Shown here: in pieces, positions 43,101 through 55,100 of the stretch | How the letters are laid out: every line of letters starts with the position of its first letter | Position numbering within the stretch: position 1 is the first letter of the stretch | Origin: Botryllus schlosseri | Taxonomy: Eukaryota | Reading direction: 5' to 3' | Assembly (NCBI GenBank): GCA_051294905.1 | Contig: CM119384.1 | Span: forward strand, 5,270,001 to 5,334,000 | Length of the DNA: 64,000 nt | Program-made: the position numbers and the translations under genes | The notes under the pieces: generated by a model | Seen by the model: only the letters and a program-made list of their open reading frames with translations | The model's database searches: none | What the model was told of the DNA's origin: nothing

Positions 43101-46100
43101 CTGTAAGTAGACCCTAATCGACGTTGAATTTGCTTTTGAAAAGCTTCTTGGAGGTACAGAACTTTAATACACAATTGAATGGTATATTCATATTGTAATG
43201 AACTCTAATATTTTCGGCTGACACTCGTCAGGGTTAATCGTCAGCAACTATAGTAGAGAATGGAGAAGAACATCGTATATCAACAATCGTATCACCAAAT
43301 ATGCTTTTGGTGGAAAAATAAGTAAATACTGAGAATGTTACGATGCACCAAATGAGTATCAACCGCGCATCAACGAGCTTGTTGTATTTGAAATTTTTTG
43401 CGCTCTCTTACGTTTTCACTCTGATAACTTGCCCCGTTGCTCTATAAATCATATTTCGTATTCCCCGCCGCTTTCTTCTGAAGTCAATTGAGTTTGAGCA
43501 CGCCAGAGGGAATCAGGGCCAGACTTATTACCTATCGTCCCTCCGGATTGAGCAACGAGCAGGCATTGCAGTCTCGATACCAATCACCTCTGCGGAGATT
43601 TGTGGAGCGTAACACGCGTCACAGACTGATCTTGTCGGATATCGTGCTGCGTTCGGATATCCTATGCAACAATAATATCTCCAAACGGGTTATCTGGTGT
43701 CGCGACGCTGTCGGGTCCACATTACATGATTGGCCTAAATATAGAGCGCTAACATCGGGACACGACGCTGCTGTAATTTATTTTTGCGCGTCCGTTTGTC
43801 ATCTTACGCTACGGGGTTAGTAGTTCAAGGCCTGCGTGCTGGTTGGTTATTTCAGCTGGGTTTGTTCTGATGTGGCCAGAGTCAGACTTGGATAACTGGG
43901 AAATTTTCAGCTTTTCCGAAGTAGATTACAATTAGAATTGTTGCTACATCGAAAATTATATTAGAATTAGAATTACTGAATTCAAGAAAAATTGGACATC
44001 GAATGAAGTTTAGTTCATATTAAACCAGTAGTTCCCAACGTGGGCGATATCGCCCCCAGGGGGCGAAAATGACGAAGGGGGCGATAGGGGGACGAAAATG
44101 GACAAAGGGGGCGACGGGGGGCGATGACGCGTTAAAACGGCTGTATTGGAGTCAAGTCGGTGAAATGACCTTTTTTTTTAGTCATCCCACGAAAATTCAG
44201 TTGCAAAAGTGTAAAATTCATTTAGTCAACCCGCCGGTGATTACAGTTTGTATACTGATTTTTCGGTTCACAAAATTTGAAAAGGGGGCGATGAGTCGAA
44301 AAAGGTTGGGAACCACTGTACTAAACTATTGTTCATTCTCGTAAACAAGAGAGTAGCAAATGTCCGCACAGCAAGTGGAAGTGGAAGTAGAAGAAGCGTC
44401 GTAATTTATGCCCAGGTGCGAGTAGAAGTAGCGATTTCTGACTAAGTAAAGAGGCAAGTATTCCATTCGTGGAAGTGGAAGTATAGGCTAAAAGTAGACA
44501 AAACCTACTTGAGTACTCGAAAACGTAGAAGTACTTCTTTACTTACCACCTTTGGGTATGGTATGGGGCAGACTATTAGACAACTAGTTAATTCTAGTCA
44601 TCTATTTAGAATGAAATGCTGCTTTTCTCTAGTTCTAATCTGCTGCTTAAAACGCTATTTCTATGCTCTAATTTTAATTCTTATCAAATTTCTGGTTTTC
44701 CAAAAAGATGCTACGGGAGAACTGTGTAGTGCGAAACGAGCTAAGCCCACTGTACGGACATTAGCGTTTCCCGTGCTTATGAGCATGAGCTCTGATTAGA
44801 TATGAAGTTAACTTGCTTCAATTTACATGTTTTCACGAATTCAGTGCTTCTATTTCTGATCTAATTTGAAAAAAAACGTGTAGCTATAACTGTAATTCTA
44901 ATCCAACGTGGAATAAACGGTGTAGCTATAATTATAATTCAAATCTAATTTGGAAAGGCTGGAAATTTTTTTGGCCAACTTGGGTATGGAGCAGCTCCAA
45001 CAGCTTATTCAGATTTTATTGCTAGAAAGATCTGTATTGTCAAGGATTTATGAGCGCAGGAGCAGACACGGGCCTGGGCCCGGTGTAAAATCTGCTATCC
45101 GTCCTGAGAAACGTACCATTCGCTGGCGTAAACAAAACACATGATTTATTGCTCTTGTCGCCGCCGACAGCAGTGTTTGATTTTACGCCAATGCTGTCTA
45201 AAAGCGGAAATTTTGAAGCGATTAGCAGACAGCCGAAGACAAATCGACAGGACAAAAGTGCTGCGATCGGTACGCCGTGAGACAAGATTGATTAGGCTGA
45301 TTCGAAACTGTTGGGTACCATAAGAAAGAATAATAGCCATGGCCAAATTCGCTGAAAATGCGTTCATGTGGCGGATGAATAAAATAAGTTTCGGACATGA
45401 TTGATTAGGGCAGGTTCAGGTGGAAAATGACCAATTCATGAATCTTGATAAAGCTTGGTAATTCCTTTATGTAGCCCGCGCAAAACAGCACGTTTACAGC
45501 CGCGTTTCGCTATACTCTCCCTTGTTCATCATAGAAACTGTGCGAGTTCTAATTTCGGTTGTTTTGCATCATTTTGGTAATCGCTGTAGATTATGCCAGT
45601 AGTTCATCGAAGACGTCATTAGTTATTGATCATACCCGACTACTTTTTTGTGTGTTTCTCCGCACTGGTATATCAAATTGGCTGGCGATTGAAAACGGCA
45701 TTTTCTGGCCCGAGTTTCGATGTTGGCAGGTCGACGCTTTGTCATATGTCCGCCTGTGCAGTCTGAAAAGTCGTTCGTGGCTGGTGCTGGGATGATTTTT
45801 TGATTCTACTTGTTAGGAGAGTGTTAGTCAGCAAGTTATTACCTCAACGTTGGGCCCCAGACTTAGTCAGCTTGTTAGACTATTTATAGCGAAATGGTGG
45901 TAATCTGATTCTAATATAATTTGTGAAATGTTTCTAGGCTCCAAATTTAATCCTACTCTTATAAATTCTGGTTTTCCTGAAAATGATGCAAGAGAACTGT
46001 CTAGTGCGATACAAGTCAAGCTTGGTGTACAGACATATGTCATTCGCCTGCCTATCTGAGAATGGACTCGATTTTTGTTGTATTTCTTTGTATTCGGAGT

Positions 46101-49100
46101 TTATTTCAAATTCCAAGTTTTGGCGAATTCGGTAATGCTAAATCTAATCCGATTTGAATCCGATTTAGTTGCCCTAATCTGCTGGGTTCATGCCAGGTGA
46201 ATTGGATATGACGTAACAACGTATGTTGCTATTTAATCGGGATTGGGAGAATATTCGTGCATCGACTTCCCGTGTTGTTTTGTCTTTTATCAGTTCATCG
46301 GGTCGTAAAAGGTCGAATACAAATTAAAATCTGGCCCAACTCCACCGTCGATTCGAGGATGATAATATCGTTTTATGTTCTTGATATCGCTTTGCGTTGC
46401 AATGTAGGCTATTCCCAGGATACCGCGACGCATTGTACTCACGTCTTTTGGGGATTGGTTTGGAAAATATTGTGGGTCTTCGTGAAATTTGAGTCTGGGT
46501 TTGCGCGCCTGGTAACTGACATGCCGATAAATACGTTCGTAATGGCGAAGGCAAACTTGTTCCGTGAGTCGTGCGTGTAAGCGAAATGTTGCAGTAATTT
46601 TTAAGCGAATTTGTTATTAGACCGAAAGGTTCAGGTCGCAGTTTCTATAGTTGTTGGATACGCTCCCAAATCCGTAAAGGCATTATTTCATTGAGTTAAA
46701 ACGTGCGAGGTTTTAAGGAGTTACGTAAGGTACGAAATCACATCGTAACAATTACCGGGACATAGCGTTTCTTCTCGTTCGTAAGTTCTAGAAAAGTAAA
46801 CCTTGTGATCCTATGCGTCCATAGGAAATCGCTTTCTGTGAAATCGCAGCGCGCGCGCCCATCTTAGCCTACACGATTTTCGCAGTAACCTTCCGAGAAG
46901 TATCGAAATTCCCAATCGAGACCGTTCGCGTGCGTCTCTGCGTACCGCGCGTATCTAAAGTCGACCTCGTTTCGGTGAATTTCCGGACTAAAATAGGCCT
47001 TTCACGATCCGAGGCGCTGTCAAACATTGCTATTTGCGGCACAGGTTGATATTTATTACGTCCGTTCGCTACCATGGTTTTATGACACCATGATGGACAC
47101 GTACGCAAACTTCGTGAGTGACGTTACGATCCCCGCTTTGGGGAAAGACATTTTGGCGAAGATCAAGTTGGACCACGAAGACTCTGTGTGTTCGGATTAC
47201 AGCCTGTCGGACATTGAAGACGGGCTAGACCCGAACGAAAGCTTTGAATCCGACAAGTCTCGTAAAAACCCGGCCGTTACCGGCGTTGAATCGCCAGACC
47301 CGGCGCTGAATAGGTTCTCTTCCGATTCGAGCGGTATTTCCACGCAAGACTCGCCTTTCTCAACCATAGAGCGCGAGAGTAACGACAGCAAAATCGCCGG
47401 CGTGAAAACGGCTGTAGCGGCCATTGAGAACCGACATATCCAATCAGCGACCGCCGATAATGACGAAACAGACAGCGTGTCGCATTTGACCTTGCGGCCT
47501 AGCGTTACAGCGACGCGTAGCACGAATCTAGCGCGGCAGCGCAGCATGAGCCACTCTTTCGATAGGCCGAACGCCGCACGTGATTCTGATTCGGACAGAA
47601 ATAACAACAATAACGAACTTGGCATGAGAACATTACCAAAATATACCGATACCCTCGGTAATATGTCTCAGACGCAATGGAAGCGTTACAACAAAGCAAT
47701 GGAGACTTACAGACGGTGTAAACATGGGGAAAAGATCTCGAATAATTCGGCCGATAATCCCGGGAACGAAAAGAAACACAGAAGCCTGTCGCAGAACGAT
47801 CCGATTTACGAGAACGTGTCTGAACTGACGAGAGTTCAGCCTGCGACGAAACGTCCCGAGTTCGAACGCAGGACAAAGTCAATGTTGAACCCGTTGCAAT
47901 CGTCTGCGCCGTCGTACGCGCCGATCTGTCCGCCCGATCAACAGCAGGACGACTTGGAGACGTATTCCACACTGACTTTAGACTATAAGACCATTTTGCG
48001 CAGAAGCCACATTCCGGATAAGCCAGCATTGCCTCTTCCGACTGTAAATTCGATACGAGACGAATCGTTTTTGGACGAGGACGACCCCGACCTTGTCACC
48101 GACATTGACTCCTTTCTACACTTGCCAGAGAAGAAGGCAACACCGACAATATCAGTGACAACGAACCAGCACGATTCGTACGCAGTAGTAACTAATCACG
48201 TTACGAAAGAACCTGATAAGATTTTGTGGTCTGGATTGAAACTTTTGGGTGAACGTAAGAAAACCGAACTGACGCGGCCGAATTCGCCGAAAAGCGCGTT
48301 TATGTCGCGGATAAATAAGATGAGCTTGCGAAAAACAGCGACTCTCGCGTCCGAACAAGAAAATGCCGCTAATTTACGGAAAAACACGATCATCTCTAAA
48401 CGGAACACAGCCAAAACCACGCACCCTGAAAAATACATCTACCTCGACCCGGCGTCTCATAACGGCTGCTCCATGACGTCGTCGTTCGGACAATATCACA
48501 CTGTGGCTAGCGCGGGCAGGCTGTCGCGGATACGCAGAAAAAATGAGAAGATTGCATTATCGTCTCCCACGAAAAAGAAATCGATTCGTATACAAAGCGC
48601 GAATTCCTTCGCGCGGCGATTTCTGCGTGTGCCCACAATGTGGAAAAGCACGGCTAACGGCGTGGAGAGGCAAAAGTCTCAGAAGGTGGACACGTCTGCG
48701 TTTGAAGATGAGGTGGTATTGACAAGACGATACAGCCGTTCGGCATCGGACTTACCTAGTTGCCAAGACGCTGAATTTAAAGGCGTTACAGGATCGAGTA
48801 AATGCTCGAATAACAACAATAATTTCTACCAATCGTGGTCAGCCGAATCTTCGCCTCAGATGAAGGCAACGAAACGAAATCGCGCTAAACCATCCAAATT
48901 AGTCGTCGACATGAACACTGGGTCGTGCGAAATTGTTAAAAGTAACCTAAAATCACCTAGAAACTCACCAAGGTTGCGATTGAGTCCTGGAGGCCCACAC
49001 GCGAGTGTCGTTCAGCCTAGTCCTTCTCTGAAACCCAAAGTTTTGTTCAGAGCGCCGTCTGTTAAGAGAGACGGCTCGAGTGAGAGAAAATCTTTCCGGT

Positions 49101-52100
49101 TCACCACGTGTCAGTTTGACGACTTTGTGAGTGCTGACGTGTCTACGTTGGATTTGAACGTGGAAGAATATTTTTCTTTTCTGGGTACAAAGTCATCAGA
49201 GCTGACCACGCCCGATTCCGATCCTATCGATAAAGTTTCAGTGAAAGAAACCATTTCTACTTTCGAATCAAACTCGAATTCAAATGGGTCTGATGGTATT
49301 TACTGTGAGCGCGATCGTTCTCCGAGGAAGTCTCCGAGAAAAACGAACACCGTGAAACGTAGGAAGCAAAAGAAACGTATGCGGTCTGGAGTGCCGTCTT
49401 ATGTTCCCGATTATGTAAAACCCGTAAACGCTGACAGGATCAAGCGCAGCAGTGCTTTCTATCAGTTGAGTCTGCCCGAGGCAGACGCCAAACCCTCCGA
49501 TCCGAAGGTGCTGGACACGATGGCGGCGTTCATTAACGATGCATCGGTGCAGGGCAGGAGAAAGAACTCTGTCTCTATGGCGTCGAAGACTTGGAGCGGC
49601 CGGGCCGCGGAACGGCGTAAATCCAAAGCCAAATCGAAATTCGGCTCGCTTTCAATTGCGAAACTGTTGCGGGCCAACAAATTGAGGCTGTCCATTGGTA
49701 GGTTGCGCTTCTGGTTAGCTGGATCGGAGCAGTTGTATAAGATCTTAGATGAATTGCTGATTACGTGATTCGTTTTTGGCAATCATTGTCTTGAAAAGCT
49801 ATGAAAAGCTCTTTCAATCTTTTTCTTGAAAATCCAACTTTTAGAGTATGGACTTCGGAGTTGGAGAAGACTTGAGTGTGGCCAGTCAGAGGTTTTTCCA
49901 AATATTTTTATGTAATTTGCTCGATAACAACACAACGGCTCTCGATATCAAACATCTGTATAGTACAACGGCATAAATACAGTCACAAGTCAGGATTATG
50001 GTTTAATTAGGCTTTGACCGTTCAAATATGCGGGGTTGCTGTAAATAGACCATTGCTGTAAATAGACCAGATAGCAGTGAGAAGCAGTGAGAAAAGATGT
50101 TGATTATCAAGGACTATAACTAGGGCTGGGCATAATAATCCGAGTACTCGAATCTGAATCGAGTATTAATTCTAATAATTCGAGCAAGTAATGAAAGATG
50201 ATTTTTTCGAGTGATGAAATTAGATGCACCTTAACACTTGGAGTCAATTTATCAATGAGAGTATTTTCATGCTCGAATACTCTATTCAAGTTCAGAAATG
50301 GTCATCAAATTGATCCCTTAAAATATTTCAACGGCATTCCTCGGCATTTCATATTCGACACTATTCCATATTCACATTGCGATTGTTTGGTTTACTTGCG
50401 ACTGGATATCACACCATAATACCTGTAAATTATGTCATGCATTCTACATTGTGCCTTTGCATGTTGAACATGTCTTTCACACCATGCTTTTTTAGTGATA
50501 ATGTTGATGTACAACATTATTACATTGTAAAAACCACACCACGGTTTCAGTTGAACACGTTCGACCTAGTTTCGTCCCATCTCTAACAATCCGTTCATTT
50601 AGCAAAAGCCGTAAGGCCTCCGCCGCCTTCCACTCCGAGACCGCCAGGTATTTTGTGGTAGCAAGCGCATGCCAGATTATCATTTTCATCCGGAAGGCTT
50701 ATTTTGTTCGTTGATACAAATCATGCACCGGCAACAGTCGCTGATTTTCGGTGGGCAAATTGAAGCCTGGTGCGAATTTCCCAATTGTTTGACGTATATC
50801 CTGCATGAAAAAAACTTCTTATTTGACAGTATCAATGATTAAGCGAGTTTCAAGTTATTTTGTGCTGTTGGTGTTGCAAACTAATCTATAGCGTTACCTG
50901 TTATGATGATATATTCCTATTTATTTTTCATAAATCAGTCTCAATCCCCAAACATGCATCCCGTATGTCGTAATGTAATAGTCACTATCATACCGTGGGA
51001 ATATAGATAGGGAGAGGAAATGAGCGGCCTCTGAAACCGGACAGAATACTGCTCAGTAGATTGATATCACATAGTGTACCATCCTCAGAACATCACCTAA
51101 CAAATACGGCATAGATCTTCATATTCAAATGTATCTCGATAGTGTTTTATTTGGATTTTCATCTCCTTCATTTATAAGTTCTGATATCATAACTTATGAA
51201 GCGAAAATATGACATAATAATTTACACTTCTGGCAAAAATTTGTTCGCGTGATTTCATCAATCTTCGTCACGTTATAAATATGAACGCCATCTTTTTCCT
51301 TTGAACAACAAACAGCTCTTTGTTGATTTTCATATTTCTTTCGACTCGACTGTATATCGTTTTTAAAATGAACCAAATCGGCGGTTAGTCCTCACCCTCA
51401 TGAACGTTCATGAAAGCTCTGTTGGAATGTCGGATTTATTTTGCATTTCATCATCTTGTTGTGGAGGCTATAATATTTTATATCCAAATGTGGAAGCATT
51501 TGAATAAGTCTAGTTTGAAATGTGATGGACTTGACACTTGAGTTTAATTCCGCAGTGAAACAAATCTTGACTAACCTGATCGAACAGTGTATGAAATCTC
51601 CCACATTGACCGGATATTATAGAATCATAGAATTCACTCAGTAAAGGATACGAGGGTTTAAGAGTAGTATGTGAAGATGTGATTTCGATCACCAAAAGCC
51701 ATTTTGAGAACCGCGCTATGCAGTGTTGCTACTGGACCGTTACATGTAGTCATTGAACATCGACTATAGCGTGACCGATATTCATTTTACAGTTCCTTCG
51801 AATCAGCATGCGCCGAATATTCCGAGGTCGAACAGTCATTCCCTGCAAATTCCCGCCACATCGATTCAGGGAGGCGGGCTGGTGGAAGACACTAAAAAGG
51901 ATAAAAAGAGTAAAAAGAAAGGCAAGAAGGGAAAGCTGACAAAAGCCGACATCAGCACGCCGCAGGATTTCAAGTAAGTATTCTCCCGTTCACCTTTCAA
52001 TTCATTTGACCATCTTTGCTAAAGGAAATTTCCGCTGACTAGCTGCCACTCTATGTCTGGGCGTTGGAATATTTATATATGGTAGAATTGTGAAAATAAA

Positions 52101-55100
52101 CGTTCACTTCATGCTCAATCACTTCACCCTGATCGTTCGCTCTTGCCAGAATGGGTGATTTGTACTTTATCGACTGAGGAACAATCTTGTGAACTGGCAG
52201 TTATTACCTGTTAGAATGCTCTCGTGGTGTTTATGATATCGCCGGTGAACCTTAACGCCAGTTCATCGCTGCCATTATTTGTCCCTTTCACATCTACGGC
52301 CTTGTATGCAAGGAACAATTTTTTTTTTACGATTCAATACTCCAAATCTCAGTCATCATCCGTGCTATCAACATGGCGCAATTCAACCTTTATCCTTTTT
52401 CAGGCACGTCGGGCACGTAGGATGGGATCCCAACACCGGTTTTGATGTGAGTATCTTGCGAAACTCGGTACTCTGACTACTTCCACGTATTGAAATCCAC
52501 GTACTATTTATAGCTACCGTCACCGATTGACGTAAATACATTTTTGTTTCGGTTCTAGATGAATGAAGTGGATCCTGCATTGAAAAGTCTGTTCTCCGAA
52601 GCCGGAGTCAGCGATCATCAGCTGAAAGACAAGGAGACGGCCCAGTTCATTTACGATTTCATTGAAAAGCGTGGCGGTGTGGACGCGGTGAAAAAGTAAG
52701 ACTGATTGATGTACTCCTGTCTTGGCGTTGTAATGGACGGCCGCGCAGGGCTGTTCAAATAAAAACTTTTCCTGCAGATTTCACTGGCTACTTGATAAAA
52801 TTGTTAGGTTGGTTTAAAAAATCGCTGCACACCAACTTTGGCTCCATTCCAACCAGTAGAAGCGAGATTAGTGCAGTGGAAAGTTTTGAATTTATCATTA
52901 AAAAACAAAATTTCAAAATTTTTCTGCCGACCCCATAAAATTGTTAGGCTGTCAGTAGAGATGATGCACACCAAATTTGGCTCAATTTCAACCACTAGAA
53001 GCGAAGTTATTGCAGTAGAAAAATTTGGATTTGAATAAAATAGTATTTACGGTTTATTTATGATTATTTATCATAGAATCATGGAATTAGAAATTTTTCT
53101 ACTGCAATAACTTCGCTTCTAGTCGTTGGAATTGAGCCAAAGTTGGTGTGCAGCGTTTTTTTAACCAACCTAACAATTTTATCAAGTAGCCAGTGAAATC
53201 TGAAGGAAAAGGTTTTTTTTAACAGCCCTACCGCACAATTTTATTTCCGCTTCTCGTAAAGATATTTTGCACCTCGTTTGTAGATGTGGACAGAGGACAG
53301 TAGGCTAACTAAGTAGTAGTAGGTTTTGCTGACTTGCAATACTTGATCAAGTATTATGATTTCACTTTTACTTTAACAGTTATTAAAGCAAAACTATGTG
53401 TTTATACATTTTGGATTTTGAACAATAGAAAGTAGTCTTGGGACAAGATTGCATTCCTCTTACGAGTGAAATTGTCCCTGTATCACACTCACGCTAACCA
53501 GATATAGCGTCGTTGATTTTACCTGTTGTGTCATTGGCCATTTTGTGTAAGCAGTGGAGATACATCTTGTGATTTGGGTAGTCCCCCGGCAATTATGTAT
53601 TAATGCGACACCTCTACCAAATTCACTTCTAATTGAGTACTTTCCGTACCTTTCATTTTCAACATCCACTTGAAGTAGTGGTAATTGAACAAATTTATGG
53701 CATTGCTTCTACTTCTACTTGATTAATATGTTCCTGTTGAAATGAACCCGAAAGTTTTTGGCTGACACTCGACAGGGGTAATCGTCAGCAACTAGTAGAG
53801 AATTGGAAGGAACATTGTCTATCAACAATCGTATCAAGTCTTCAAAATCTGTACTTGCTCCCGTAAAAGAGTAGAGATTTATGGTGTTACTTGTACTTCT
53901 ACTTCAGTCGTAATGCTGACTAAATTGAGCAGCTTGTTCGATGCCAATGATATCTTAATTTCTGTGATTAGGCGTTACTGTTCATAATATTTCTTCTAAA
54001 CTGAAATTTTCTCGTTTGACAGGATGCAAAATCAACCACCTCCGCCACCACACGCAAACCGAGGACCAGCCCCGCCACCACCATCTCGCGGCGGACGTTC
54101 CGGTCCCCCACCACCGCCGCCCAGCAGAGGTGGCGGTCCGCCACCCCCTCCTCCGTCCAGAGGCCGTCCACCACCCCCTCCTCCCAGCTCTAGGGGTGCT
54201 CCCCCACCGCCGCCACCTAGTAGGCAGGGCGGTGCGCCACGTCCTCCGCCTAACATACCCCCACCGGCCCCGATGTCGTATTCGTCCGGTCCGCCTCCAC
54301 CACCGGCGCCTGCCCCGCCGCCGCCTCCTCCAGCTCCGAGTGCCCCGCCGCCTCCTCCCATGTCGGGAGGGGATGGAAGGGGTATGCTGCTGGATCAGAT
54401 AAGAGGGGTGAGTTGTTGCGTTGTCTTGAGGGTTTCTTCTGAAATTGTGGCCCACCTCGATATGTGCTTGATGCGCAATGTGGGTTTTTTAAAACTTTTT
54501 GGGGTAGTTGTATCAGCCCTCTATTGTGTCCGGCAAAACTTTTTGAACTGTGTGACCACGCTTAAATTAAATGTAGCCCAACTACAAAATTTTGGCAGCT
54601 GACGGCTAATGTTATCAATTTGGCCAAGTCGTAATCCTAATCACGGCTTGCTGAAAAAGGTCATCGCTTTCGCGCATCCCTCGTCACTGCCTGATTACTA
54701 GTTGGCAATTATTAGTGTTTGTATCATCCGTGTGGCTATTGTGGCCTGCCGTGAGCACTGGCAATGATACAAAATACGGACAAAAGTCAAACATAAGGAC
54801 AGACTTATAAATAAGGTCAATGTAATATTTTTGTTTATAGTTGTTGTTATATCACTGGCCTTTCATGGGCTCCTTGAAACGAGTTCGCGACTTCAGGTTA
54901 GGAACCTCTAGCGCAGGGGTGTCAAACAGATGATTTTATCCGGCCCGCGATGCGATTCTGAAAAATGGCCGTGTTATCCAGTACCTTTCTCACAAGTGTT
55001 GAGATTTTTCACGTATGAACTTAGAGCTCTTCAAAAATGACATTTTTCTCAAATCGTACTGGCTACTTGATGAAATTGTTAGGTTACCTAATTTAAGCCT

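Noticed and set aside
35848-47050. Direct exon 4 to giant exon splicing as a productive isoform
   Set aside because: The phase-1 donor joined to 47045 gives GGT TGA, an immediate stop.
47197-48438. Antisense ORFs (142, 174, 68 and 80 aa) over the giant exon
   Set aside because: Expected stop-poor shadows of a Ser-rich sense ORF; no motifs.
47027-49768. Giant ORF as a transposon, retroelement or viral gene
   Set aside because: No RT, integrase, DDE, gag or helicase motifs; no enclosing TIR/LTR pair or TSD seen; splice signals fit the host gene.
50800-51700. NACHT/NLR-like pseudogene on the minus strand (KLLCHIF...KTLSRY)
   Set aside because: Only a faint resemblance, many stops, and no Walker A or B motif found.
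53982-54455. Gly-rich and Arg/Trp-rich ORFs on the minus strand and an alternative plus frame
   Set aside because: Shadow frames of the N-WASP poly-proline exon.
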